This document shows positions 50,131 through 62,920 of a DNA stretch of 64,000 nucleotides, one piece after another. Made by a program: the position numbers and the translations under genes. Position 1 is the stretch's first letter, and every line of letters starts with the position of its first letter. This DNA is from Vicugna vicugna (taxonomy: Eukaryota): NCBI GenBank assembly GCA_013265495.1, contig MU061579.1, forward strand, positions 6,012,963 to 6,076,962, given 5' to 3'. Under the pieces are notes generated by a model. That model was not told the DNA's origin and ran no database searches. It saw nothing but the letters and a program-made list of their open reading frames with translations.

Positions 50131-50760
50131 TGCTGGAGCAGGCAGATGGCTAGGTATGAGCAGAGAAAGGGGCATGGGTCAAATGGCAGGAATTGGGCAA
50201 AACAAGGAGGGGCACAGGCCAAATGCAGGAAGCCATACATCCTGTAAATAATGAGGGTCCTTGAGCAGACAAGAGAAAAGCAGGAACCTCAGGACTGATA
50301 AGAGACCACACATTTTGGGGTGACAAGTGGCCTGGAGGCAAATAAAGGTGAAAAAAGCCAGGAATTTGCAGTGTCCACGTGTACCCTTCTCATTATGCCC
50401 TCATGACAATAAAATTAGCCTTGCAGATTAGAAGTACCCATCATGCACCAACCCTATGACACTTCTGACCCCGACTAAATAAGGACGAAAATCCTTCCTC
50501 TGCTCAGGAAGGTGGAGCTGGGATGAAAATCAGGGAATATAACCCAAACTCTTTCCTCCCCAATGAATATTCCGCCCATTCATTTTTACACTTTAGTGAC
50601 CAACTTGCCAAAGAAACTACAGAGCTGCTCACCTGAGCCTCCCGGCTCTCCCCTTGAGAGTGTACTATCCATCCCTTGATAAATCCTCACTTTACTTCCT
50701 TAACCTCCGTGCCTCATCTCGTCTTTCTGTGATGAGATAAGAACCTACTCACTGGCAACA
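50131..50760 (+). mobile_element. Solo ERV LTR, 630 bp
   Basis: TGCTG...CAACA termini with a 4-bp TSD TTTC (50127-50130 and 50761-50764). U3 direct repeat AGGGGCA..G.CAAATG(G)CAGGAA, and an R/U5 stretch CCCTTGAGAGTGTACT...GATAAA. Confidence 0.9.
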
Positions 50761-52579
50761 TTTCCAGCTGAAGCACATAAACCTAAAACAACACATTCCA
50801 GTGCAAAATCTTGTCTCTAAGGATGGACTGAATTTGTTTGTGATACTCTCTCATCTTAGAATTCTCTCTTCATTCTAATCAAAGACACTGCTCCATGAGC
50901 ACTTACAGGTGTTTCAGGAAACTTAAATTTTATTGGAGGCATTATTTAAACTCTGTTTCTCCCCTATATTTTTCTTTAGAAGATCACAAAAAGGTGGTTC
51001 TTTATGTACTTCCTTACTGAAGTGAAATTTAGAAAATACCATACATTAGGGCATAACTGAAATATGGTTCTTTTCACTCAACTGCATACTAGACCTCCTA
51101 CACTTGATTGTCCAAATCTTCTAGCAACTTATTTTTGTCTTCCAATTAAATGCATTTATGTTTTTTGTCCCATAATACTCCATCCCTCTGCTATGGGAAG
51201 AACAAGTCTTTGTCCAATTCTTCCTGATTTTCTTATTTTCCACTCAAAAGAGACTTCCAAAAGTTTATAATTTATGTTAGTAAAATTTTATGAAGTATAA
51301 TATTAAGTATCAAATGACTTTAAAAATTCTGTTTTAAAATGGCAGAGATTTGTCTTCATTATCTCCAGATTTAAAAAGTCTTGCTCCCAAGAAGATTTCA
51401 TACTATCATTAGTTAACATCTCAAGACATGAAGATTCCTTTAGGGCTAAGCCAATCATTAATGGTAGTAGATATAATTTCTAATAGTCTTCTTCCTGATA
51501 ACTACAGCGTTAGGTGACTTTTGGTCAGATCACGTTAGAGCATTATCCTTATTGCATAATGAGGCTTTGAAGTGCTCCAGTTTTGTGGTCAGGAAGGTAA
51601 GTTGGTTTTGTCATTTTCTCTGATGTTCACATTATTAGTGTTACTTTCATTTCACAGATCATTTTTCCTTTTACTTTTGTTTCTTTGTTTCTTGCCTGCT
51701 TTTTTAGAAATCTTTTAAACCAAGTGTACTTTTCCAGGAGTTAGTTGAAATTAATAAATATTTATAAATCCACCTCCACGGTCGAGTATGATTTACAACG
51801 TAAGACAATGAGCATAGCTGCTAACTCTTTCACATCACAAATCACTCTTTCTTAAGGAAATTAAGTCACATGTGATATGTGATGAAGACCAAGTGAGCAT
51901 ATCCTGGTCAATCTATATGTTAAATATAAATAGTTTTTTTTTAATAAAATTAAATTTAGATAGTAGTTTTCATGTGCTCCTTTGACACCTTCAATGAACC
52001 TAACCATTTTCTGGACTATTACCTAGTACTTCCTATTAGAACAGTTCATATCTAAAAAATAGGGCATGTTAAATTTATGAACTATGATTTTTTTAAAAAA
52101 AGTTAAATGTTGAGCATCCAAGTAGAGTCATTAAACTCTTAAATAGAAATAACAAACAATAAAATTTGACATTTATTAGGAAATATATACATTTCAGTAA
52201 TGTGGTAATTTGAATATGAATGTAAAAATAAAATTGCCAGGAAATACAAACATTAATAGCTTTTAATTGGAACACAGTGGAAAGGAAGTAGGAATGAAAG
52301 AAGCAGATTATTGAACTTACTCATAAAGAGCAAACACTAATTTATTCTAAGTTGTTAGTGTTAATATAGTCTGCAGCAATGGACAAATCGATGTTTATTG
52401 AGTTCTAAAAGAAACACATGCAGGAAACAGCTTTGGCTGTTATGAACAGTGGGTACATATGAAAAGGCAGAATTGAAATTAAATACAATTTAATTCAGTC
52501 CCAGATACTTTTATTAACATCAAAAATCCTAGATAAAGTGAATAAATTATATATGCCCTTTATGATGCATTCTGCCAAC

Positions 52580-53093
52580 ACTTTATTAGGGAAACATTTG
52601 AACATGCAGCAAAGTCGAAAATACTTTTTAGTGAACCCCCTAAAATCTACCACTTAGATTCTACCTTTTCCATTTACTACACTTGCTCAACCGTAATATG
52701 TATTCTTCTCTATTCATCCATGAATTCATCTTATTTCCTACTCATTTAAAGAATGTTGTGGGGGATGATATAGCTCAGTGGTAGAGTGTGTACTTAGCAT
52801 GCACAAGGTCCTGGGTTCAACCCCAGTACCTCCATTAAAAAATAAATAAGCAAATAAAGAATGTTTCAAACATCTCAACAACTTCCTCAAATGCTTTAGC
52901 ATGCATTTTTATATAACATTTACATAAAGTGAAACACACATATTTTAAGCATACCTTCCCTGAGTTTTGATAGATGCATAAATCTGTGTAGCCCAAACCT
53001 CTGTCAAGAAGAGAGAACATTACAATCCATCCACTCTAGAAAGTTACCTCATTATCATCCCAGTCAATCTCTGTCCCCACCCAACACAACTAC
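52580..53093 (-). mobile_element. Old L1 3' UTR fragments hosting a SINE
   Basis: TTTATTAGGGAAACATTTGAACATGCAGCAAAG...CTACCACTTAGATTCTAC, and TTTACATAAAGTGAAACACACATATTTTAAG...GAGTTTTGATAGATGCATA...CCCAGTCAATC. Confidence 0.6.
52760..52854 (+). mobile_element. tRNA-Ala-derived SINE (camelid Vic-1 type)
   Basis: GGGGATGATATAGCTCAGTGGTAGAG (A box)...GGGTTCAACCCC (B box)...ACCTCCA and an AAAT tail. TSD TAAAGAATGTT at 52747-52757 and 52855-52865. Confidence 0.9.
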
Positions 53094-53885
53094 TGTAATA
53101 TGATGATTTATAGTAACTTTAGATTTGAACATTTTCCCCATTTCTGGCACAGAATTTCTAAAACCCTTGGAAATTTCTGTGATGAAGAAATAAACGTATT
53201 TTTTTGTTATGTGAATGAGGTGGCTTTCAGACTGCATGGAAGGATTGGAGACAGCCCTGTGCTTAAAGGGTTGGAACTTTCAGTCCCACACCCTGACCTC
53301 TGGGGAGGGGAGAGAGACTGGAGATTGAGTTCAGCTCCCAATAGCCAATGATGTAATCAGTTGTACTTATGTAATGAAGCCTCCATAAAAACCACAAAGG
53401 AGAGCTTCCAGGTTGGTGAACATGTGCAGATCTGGGGTGAGTAATGCTCCCAGAGAGAGGGAAACTCTGCTCTGCTCCCTTTCCACATTTATCTCTTTCG
53501 TCTGTTTGAGTTATAACAAACCTCTTACAATAACCTAATCTACTAAGTAAGTAATCCAAATTACTAGTGATTTAGTGAGTAAAATATTTCTGAGCTCTGT
53601 GAGGGGCTCTAGAAAATTAATAGAACCCAGGGAAGGAGGTCATTCAAACTTCTAATCTTTAGCCGGTGGGTCAGAAGCACTGATGATAACCTGGTCTTGC
53701 GACTGGCATAGGGAGTGGGGAGCAGTCTTCTGGGACTGAGCCCTCAACCTGTGGGATCTGAAGTGATCTTCTTTGGCTAAACATAGTGTCAGAATTGAAT
53801 GGAATTGCAGGACAACCAGGTGGTGTTAGAGAATCTTCTATTGGTGTGGAGGAAAGCCTTCCACACACACGCTGAAAATGAGTCC
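53094..53885 (+). mobile_element. MER21-like LTR
   Basis: TGTAATATGATGATTTATA...CTAAAACCCTTGGAA...AGGGTTGGAACTTTCAG...GCCAATGATGTAATCA...AATGAAGCCTCCATAAAAACC...GAGAGCTTCCAGGTTGGTGAACA...GGGACTGAGCCCTCAACCTGTGGGATCTGA. Confidence 0.9.
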
Positions 53886-54289
53886 TCCGTGCCCATTTAA
53901 CTTAATGACGTTTTCCCACTACAGTGCTGTATGTTTCTAAAAGCGATCCACCAATTTAAAAGAAATTACCATACGTTCAACTAACTGTGCTTCCATTTTC
54001 TAAAGACATTAACAATAATGTCTCTCTCATTAAAAGACAAATATTTCAAATTCTACTTGTAGAATACTTAATGCACCTTTCAAATGGTTCAGTAAAACTT
54101 GAAGAGTATTTAAACATAATTTATGTAAAGGGGGAGGCTGGGTTTACTTGGAGATTAAGCGGAGCATTAGGCAACTTCCATCAAATCTCAGAGAGCTGGC
54201 AAGTAAGCACTGTCGATGAACCTTGGTTCCATTTCTTATTCTTCACCTAGTTGATTGTCTTACAAATTTAGATCCAATTACAGAATTGC

Positions 54290-54365
54290 TAACTAGCTCA
54301 ATACCAACCATAAAGTGGGTACGAAATAAATTGTTGTTAAGTGGAATAAAAGAGTGAATGAAAAC
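54290..54365 (+). mobile_element. L2 3' tail fragment
   Basis: CTAGCTCAATACC...GTGGGTACGAAATAAATTGTTGTTAAGTGGAATAAAAGAGTGAATG. Confidence 0.45.
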
Positions 54366-56159
54366 AGAATGAAGAAGGAGGAAACTAATGTTTGCTAAGT
54401 ATTTGGGAATGTGACTAGCAAAACGCTGTATGTTTTAAATAGATTATCTTGTGTTAAAACAATTCTGCAAGTTAGGTATACTTTGCTAATGCCTTGTACA
54501 TCATAAATGCTCACTACATCACTGTAATTGCTAACATGCATCACTCCTGTTAAAATGCGCCAGCTCTAATGGACTTAGGGGTTTCAATCCCCAGAAACAT
54601 CACAGCAGCAGTTGGATTACTCACCTGCAATAGGCTTAAAACTGACCTTTTTTATATCCCCCAATTCTCTTTGGACCAGAAGGAGTAGCTCAGGAAATTT
54701 TTTATGAATATAAACCATTGACATTTGATAATCAGTTACTTCTCTATTATTCTGAAAACTGGAAAAATTAGCAACTTTATTTCAGGGTCAGATTTTTTCT
54801 ATTATAGTTGGCAAGTGAAAAAAGCTACAGGATTTCTGATAAGTGGGACATTTAAATTTTAAGTACTCCATATGACAAGCAATTACATTTTAATCTATTT
54901 CAGAAGTGCAGTATGAATTTATAAGGGTATATATCTTCAAAAACCAAGCTGGGAAATGAATTTTAATCGAAATTGAGGGAGACCAGATCTAGACTTCCAG
55001 TATAAAATGTTTATATAGAACAAATGGAAGAGCCTTTACCAATTTTCCATTTAAATACCATTAACAAAGGAAGGAAAAAAGCAAACAGAAAGGAAAAATA
55101 AACAAATGAATAGGCAAGAATATAACTAAACCAAAAACCAAAACTAAACCATTACCACAAACTGCCAGATAAACATTTATCAAAATCTGGAAATAATTTT
55201 CACTAAGTAGAAGGCTGATGACCGCTCTTACCCCTGTAGTCATCCAAGAAATATTTATTAAGCACTTTGTCCTGCAGCATAATAGGAAATCCTCTAAGGG
55301 GCCACAGGCTGTTTATAGGACATTCTATAATGATGGTTGATTACAGATGAGGACAGGAGTTAGTTTTGCATTAGTAATTTAAAATGTATATTGCCAGAAA
55401 TTTAGTGTTCAAGTTTAATGACTTTAACTGATTGGCAGTTTATATCTTTTAAAATATGCAATAACTACTGATGTTGATTTTGTCACTTAAACAGTCAACT
55501 GATAGAAATGATTGAAATGTTTCAAGTATTTGAATTGCATTAATTATATAAGAGCATGTTCAAAATATTTAAAAAGTGAATGAGTCCCTCTGTAGACATG
55601 AGCACATCTGCCACTAAATTAGGTTTATTATTCCACTAAAATCCTCTAAAGAAGCCTCAATTCTGGTAATTTTGTAAGATGATTATAAAATCTTAGATAA
55701 GATCTGATTTATCTGAAATGAATGTATAGCATCCTTTGTCTATGTGCAACACTATTCTTCATGACAGGGAGTAAAAGAGAAGGTCATTATGTTTTGCAAA
55801 ATCATATTCATAATAACCGTCATATCTCTAGAAATTTGATCTAGCATGTCAAAGTGTAATTTCTAATTTGTTCTAAAATATTAGTTAGCTGTCTAATTTC
55901 CTTACTCAACCGGGTAACTTCATACAGTTGAAGACTACTGATTAAACCATTCTATTTCATTTACTTGTATAAAGTAATTTCACAATTTTATTTTATGGAG
56001 AGACAAGAATTGGTGTGTAGTTAGAATAATGCATAAGAATACACAAGCCAGACAAATTCCTTGGAAGCAAAGGCTAGTTCATCTGCCAAAGAAGAAATAT
56101 ATCTCACTAAAGGATTTCTAGTCTTCTTAAGTAATTGAGCAGTTGGGCAGAAAGTGGTT

Positions 56160-56816
56160 AAGAAATATTAGGACTTTTATGTCTGTGAGACTGTTTGTGT
56201 TTTGTAAATAAGTTTTTTTTTGTTATTTTTTTTTTAGATTCCACATATAAGGGATATCATATGGTATTTTTCTTTCTCTTTCTGACTGATTTCACTTAGA
56301 CGACATTCTCCAGGTCCATCTACATTGAGGCAAATGGCATTATTTTATTCTTTTTATGGCTGAGTGATATTCCATTGTATAAATATACCACAAATTCTTT
56401 ATCCAGTCATCTGGTGATGGACATTTAGGTTATTTCCATGTCTTGGCTGTTGTAAATAGTGCTGCTATGAACATTGGGGTTCATGTATCTTTTTGAATTA
56501 AGGTTCCCTCTGGATATTTGCCTAGATTCTAGTTACTAGAGGGGAAGCAGGTGGGAAGGGATAAAAAGGGAGTTTGATATTTTCAGATACTAACTAATAT
56601 ATATAAAATAGATAAACAATAAGTTCATACTGTATAGCACAGGGAACTATATTCAGTATCTTGTACTAATTTATGGTGAAAAGACTATGAAAACAAATAT
56701 ATGTATGTTCATGTATGACTGGAGCGTTATGTTGTACCACCAGAAATTGACACAACATTTAAACTGACTCTATGCTTCAAGAAAAATATGTATATATGAA
56801 AGAAGAAATATTAGGA
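56160..56816 (+). mobile_element. Young L1 insertion with 5' inversion (twin priming), TSDs included
   Basis: 14-bp TSD AAGAAATATTAGGA at 56160-56173 and 56803-56816. 56174-56525 is antisense L1 (ORF2 end and start of the 3' UTR). About 56526-56802 is the sense 3' UTR. Confidence 0.92.
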
Positions 56817-57739
56817 TTAATACAGGTTTACTCAAGCATATGAGTTACTTCCAATAGTTTCCAAACCATTTGCAATATAAAAATATAAATATAAAAAACC
56901 TTTCATTGGGGTAACCATTTGTAGAAAGTGTGTGGAGGGGTAAACAGTTGCACTGGAGCTAGGGCACATTTGCAGGGTTTGACGTGTGTTGTAGTCAGCA
57001 CTTACAGGAATGAGGGCCATGGATACTCCCCCGTGAGAGCTATGAGGACCCTGAAAATCCAACATTTAGAATGAAGTTTAAGTGGACTGTTGAAGAAAGC
57101 ATTGTCTTATGTTGCTGGGATTTGATAAATAAAAAGAATTCAGCAGAAATGAGCTGAAGGTCCATGATTTTGGTGATGGTTGATAACTTTGAGTGTTGCA
57201 ACCAGTCCTCTCTATTTTTGGAATGGAAATTTTCATGTTTTTGGAGTGGGAAATCACTCCTTAGCCTCTAAAGGCAATGATGACATGATAGTGTGTGTTT
57301 GTGAAGAAGAGAGTTTCAGCCACTAAGGTGATTGCTCATCACAGTGCATGGAAGATTGCATCAAAAGAGGAATGTTAACTTGTTTAATTATTCTTTCTTT
57401 GTTCAGGTGGGTCCCCAGTTAGATCTTGTATGACTATTAGGAAAGGGTGTCTAGGACATTTTCTGTCAGTGGAGAGATTAACAGTAAAAAGTCTTCCTTT
57501 ATCATTGTAATCTCTAATCCTTGCTTACAAGTTGAAGCAAAGAGACTCTTCTGTGAGAGCAAGCACCAGAGGAGATATTGTGGCTGGTAGAAAACTGATA
57601 GACTTCCTGCAGTGTCTGCACTCATGTTACATGCAGTAGGTGTATGGAGCTCTTAGCTGTCCAGATGGCATCTTCTTATAGGGGAATGTGATTCTGGACT
57701 GTGAGCCTTGAAGATTACAATTATATGGTAAATATAATG

Positions 57740-58525
57740 ATTTTACTTATTTATATCCTCCTGTATAAGAAATGTCTCTCTTTCTCTGAAGTAATGCTTC
57801 CTGCCTTGAAGTCAGCTTTGTTTTATATTAGTATTGGGACATCACCTTATTTGGATTCGTGTCTGCAGAATATATCTTTTCTTCAACATTTACTTTCAAT
57901 ATCTGTCTTTATTTCTAAGGTGTGCCTCTTAGAAGCAGCATATAGGTTTTGTTGTTTTGCTTTTAACTGAAGTTTAGTTATTTTACATTTGAGGTAATTA
58001 CTGATGTATTTGGCCTTATATCTACCACCTTACTAAATGTTTTTGGCTTGACCTGTTACGTTCATTTTTTGTTTGTCTTCTTCTTTTGGATTATTTAAAT
58101 AGATTTTATTTTTACATTTGTCTTCTCTATAAACATGAGAGTCATACATTCTTTTCTTTTAGCAGGTACTCTAGAAATAACAACACATATCCTTGACTTA
58201 TTATAATTTATTACATTCACTTCTTTCCTGATAATGCTTGGACCTAAGAAGGCTCTAAGTCCACAAAACCCCTAACACCTCTTTGGAATAGTTATTATTA
58301 ATCCTACATGTATCGGCCAAGACAGTATATCATTATTATGTATAATAAATAAAGATTTATATTTATCTGCAATTTCCCCTTCTTCTGCTCTTTAGTCTTC
58401 CTGAATTTTGGCATTTGATTTGGGACCAATTTCTTTTTGCCTGAACTCTTTTTAGTATTTCTTTCAGTACAGATCTGCTGGGGAAAGCTTATATGTTTAT
58501 CTGAAATAGTCTTTATTCTGCTTTC
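57740..58525 (-). mobile_element. Ancient L1 (ORF2 start to ORF1), left part
   Basis: AATGCTTCCTGCCTTGAAGTCAGCTTTG...TTTACATTTGAGGTAATTACTGAT...TTTTAGTATTTCTTTCAGTACAGATCTGCTGG...TCTGAAATAGTCTTTATT. Confidence 0.75.
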
Positions 58526-61500
58526 TTTCGACTGAGGTATAGGTGATGTACAGTATTATATAAGTTTCAGGTATACAACATAGTAATTCACAATTTTTTA
58601 AAGATTATATTCCACTTATAATTATTATAAGATATTGGCTATATTCCCTGTATTGTACAATATATCCTGTTGCTGATTTATTTTATACATAGTAGTTTGT
58701 ACTTTTTAACCCCCAACCCTATCTTGTCTCTCACCTCCTTCCCTCACCCTACTGGTAACCACTCGTTTGTTCTCTATATCTATGAGTCTGTTTCTTTTTT
58801 GTTATATTCTTTAGTTTGTTTTATTTTCTAGATTTCAAGTATAAGTGATATCATATAGTGTTTGTCTTCCTCTGACTTATTTCATTTAGCATGATACTCT
58901 CCAAGTTTATCCATGTTGCTGCAAATGGCAAAATTTCATTCCTTTTGATAGCTGGGTAGTATTCCATTGTGTATGAATGTGTGTGTGTGTGTTTATATAT
59001 GTGTGTGTTCACATATGTCTATGTATATGATATAACATCTTTATTCATCTGTTGCTGGACACTTAGGTTGCAAGTTGCTTGCATTTCTTGGCTATTATAA
59101 ATAATGTTGCTATGAAAATTGGAGTGTATGTATCTTTCTTAGTAAGTGTTTTCTTTTTTCTCTTTTGAGGGGAGGGGATACATACCCAGAAGTAGAATTG
59201 CTGGGTCACATGGTAGTTCTATTTTTAGTTTTTTGGGAAACTTCCATACTGTTTTCCACAGTGGCCGCACCAATTTACATTTTTCACCAACCATATACAA
59301 GGGTCCCTTTTCTCACATCTTCACTAACATTGTTATTTGTGTTCTTTTTGATAATAGGTATGAGACGATATCTCATTGTGGTTTTAATTTACATTTCTCT
59401 GATGATCAATTATGTTGAGCATTTTATCATCTGCCTGTTGGCCATCTGCATTTCCTCTTGTACATTTCTAGAAATTTGTCTACTTCTGCTAGATTGTCCA
59501 TTTTATTGGCATATAGTTGTTCTTGTTAGTCTCTTATGACTCTTAGTATTTCTGTGCTGTTGGTGGTAACTTCTCCTTTATCATTTCTGATTTTATTGAT
59601 TTGGACTCGATTTTTTCTTGAGAAGTCTTAAATGTTTATCAATTTTATCTTTTCAAATAACCAGCTCTTAGTTTTATTGATCTTTACTATTGTGTCTGTG
59701 TTTTTTAGTTTTTCATTTATTTCTGCTTTGATCTTTATGATTTCTTTCCTTCTGCTAACTTTGAGTTTTGTTTGTTCTTCTTTTTCTAGGTCCTTTATGT
59801 ATAGATTTAGGTTGTTTATTTGAGGTTTTTTTGTTTGCTTCCAGATGTAAGCTTGTATTGCTATAAACTTACTTCTTAGAACTGCTTTCTCAGCATCCCA
59901 TAGATTTTGGATCATCATGTCTTCATTTCATTTGTCTTCAGGTGTTTTTAAAATTTCCTTTCTGATTTTTTCAGTGACCCATTGGTTGTTTAGTAGCATA
60001 TTGCTTAGCTTCATTGTGTTTGTGCATTTTTCAGTTTTTTTCTTGTGGTTGATTTCTGTTCTCTTAGCATTGTGATTAGAAAAGATGCTTCTTATAATTT
60101 CAATTTTCTTAAATTTACATAAATTTGTTTTGTGGCCTAGAATGTTATCTCTACTGAAAAATGTTTCATGTGCACTTGAAGGTGTATTTTTACTGCTTTA
60201 GGATGCAATGTTCTGTATTTCTGTGTATGTATATATAGATATAGATATATAGGGATATAGATATAGATATATAGTGTTATTTATGTCAGTGTTTCCCTAT
60301 TGATTTTCTATCTGAATGATCTATCCATTGATGTCTATGGGTGTTAAAAACCCCTACTATAATTGTGTTATTGTTGATTTCTCTTTTATGTCTGTTAATA
60401 TTTGCTTTATGTGTTTAGGTGCTCTGATTTTGGGTACATATATATTTACAATTGTTATATCTTCTTCTTGGACAGATCCCTTGATCATTACATAACATCC
60501 TTCTTTGTTTCTTTACCTGTCTTTAAAGTCTGATATAAGTATTGGTACCTCAACTTTCTTTGTTTCCATTTGCATGGAATATTTTTTTCCATAGCCTCAT
60601 TTTCAGTCCATGTGTGTCTTCAGATCTTAAGTGAATCCCTTGTAGGCAGCACATAGTTGGGTATTGTTTTGTATCCATTCAGCCACCCTGTCTTTTGATT
60701 GGTGCAATTAGTCCATTTACATTTAAAGTAATTATTGATATATATGTGATTATTACTCTTTTGTTGACTGTTTTTAGGTTGTTTTTGTAGGTGGTTTTTG
60801 TTCTTTTCTTCTTTTGTTCTCTTCTCTTGAAATCTGATAATTATCTTTAGTTTTATGTTTTGATTCCTTTTTCTTTTTTGTGTGTATACTGTTACAGATT
60901 TTTGGTTTGTGGTTACCATGGGGTTTATATATAGCAATCTATATATACACGATTGTCTTAAGTTGCTGATTTCTTAATTTCAAATGCTTTTTAACAGCCC
61001 TGCATGTGTACTTTCTTCCCTTCATAATGACTATTTTTGATATTATATTTTACATCTAAATGTTTTGTATATCTCTTAACTACTTACTGTGGATATAGAT
61101 GATTTTAATACCATTGTCTTTTAACCTCCCTACTAGCTTTGTAAGTGGATGTTTTCATACCTTTACCATGTGTTTGCTTTTACTGATGAGCTTTTTCCTT
61201 TTGTAATTTGCATGTTTCTCATTGTGACCTTTTTCACTTAGAGAAGTTCGTTTAACATTTCTTGTAAAGCTTGTTTTGTGGTGCTGAACTCTTATAGCTT
61301 TTGCTTGTCTGTGCAGCTTTTGATCTCTCCATCAAATCTGAATGACAGCCTTATTGGATAGGGTATTCTCGGTTGTAGGTTTTCCTCTTTCTTACTTTAA
61401 ATATATAATGCCACTCCCATTTGGTCTACTGAAGTTTCTGCTGAAAAGTTAGCTGACAGCCTTATGGGAGATCCCTTGTATGTTTTGTGTTGCTTTTCCC

Positions 61501-62920
61501 TTGCTGCTTTTACTATTCTTCTTTATCCTTAACTTTTGCCAATTTAATTACAATGTGTTTTGGTGTCTTCCTTTTTGGGTTAATCCTGTATGGGACTCTC
61601 TGTGCTTCCTGAACTTGGGTATTTGTTTCCTTTCCCAGGTTAGGAAAGTTTTCAGCTATTTTGTCTTCAGTTATTTTCTCAGTCCCCTTCTCTCTCTCTC
61701 TTCTCTTTCTGGGGCTCCTAAAATGTGAGTATTAGTGCACATGATATAATCCCAGAGGTCTATTAAGCTGTCCACATTTCTTTTCATTCTTTCTTCATGT
61801 TTCTGTTCAGCATCAGTGATTTCCACTACTTTGTCTTCCAGCTTGTTGATCTGTTCCTCTGTATTATTGACTCTACTGTTGCCTCCTTCTAGTGTATTTT
61901 TTCATTTCAGTTATTTTATTTTTCATCACTTTGGGGATTCTTTATATTTTCTAACTCTTTGTTAAAAATTTCTAACTTCTTGCTCTATGCATCCTTTCTT
62001 CTCCAGAGTTCTTTCATTATCTTTATGATCATTGCCCAGAACTCTTTTTTGGGTACTTTGCCTATCTCCACTTCACTTACTTCTTCTGGGGTTTTAACTT
62101 GTTCTTTCTTTTGGAACATGTTCCTCTGTCACCTCATTTTGCCTAACTTGCTGTTCTTGTATTTGTTTTATTTGTGTATTTGGTGGGTTGGTTACATTTC
62201 CCTACCTTGGAGAAGTGACGCTCTGCAGAAGAAGTCCTGTGTGTCCCAGCAGCACACTCCTCTCTCATCATCAGCTATGTACTCTAGGGATTCCCACTGT
62301 GAAGGCTGCATGTATCTTTCTGTTGTAGTGGGCTGCCTATGCAGGCAATCTAGTAGCCTTGTTTGGCTCCTGGTCTGTTTGGTTGCCAGGTCTTGCCTTG
62401 TGCAGAGGCTGCCTACTACTGGTTGATGGAACCAGGTCATGATGTGGCTGATTGTGGAATCTCAGGGGACCCTGGAGCTAGATCTGGGTTCTTGGTGGTG
62501 GAGTCAGGGTTTAGGAGACTCTAGGGCTGCTACCTGGCCACTGGTGAGTGAAACCAGGTCCTGAGGCCACTGCCAGCCTACAGGTGGGCAAAGCTGGGTT
62601 TTGGGTTCTGGCTACAGGGCTCAGGAATCCCAGACCTGGTGCTGGATCACTGGTGGGTGGGGCTGTTTCCTGACACAGTTGGTTGTGGGGACTGGGTTGT
62701 CCTGAAGGTTGTGTTGAATGGCTAGTGGGCATGGCCAGGGCCCAGCCATTTCCAGGGCAGGATCTGACCTGCTAGTGGGTGGGCAACATCTGTAGGCTGT
62801 GCAGCTGTGGTTTTCTTGTGGCTGGTATTTACTTGCTGGTGAATAAGCCTAGGCCTGAGGCTGGAGCAGGCTCACTGGTGGCTGGGCTGGGTCTACAGAC
62901 TGTGGGGCTATGGTTACCAT
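58526..62920 (-). mobile_element. L1 (3' UTR to partial 5' UTR) with an internal RT deletion; inactive
   Basis: 3' UTR at 58526-58860. ORF2 remnant QNLWDAEKAVLRSKFIAIQAYI...KSWLFEKI at 59628-59918, then endonuclease, inter-ORF and ORF1 antisense blocks, and a GC-rich 5' UTR at about 62200-62920. Confidence 0.95.
60231..60273. repeat. (ATATAG)n microsatellite
   Basis: ATATATAGATATAGATATATAGGGATATAGATATAGATATATAG. Confidence 0.85.

Noticed and set aside
52760..52834. tRNA-Ala gene (also 63405-63483)
   Set aside because: Stems are disrupted by indels, both have AAAT tails, and the first has a TSD. These are SINEs, not tRNA genes.
61959..62426. 155-aa hydrophobic + strand ORF
   Set aside because: It is the antisense reading of L1 ORF1/5' UTR, and T-richness explains the Phe/Leu/Ser bias.
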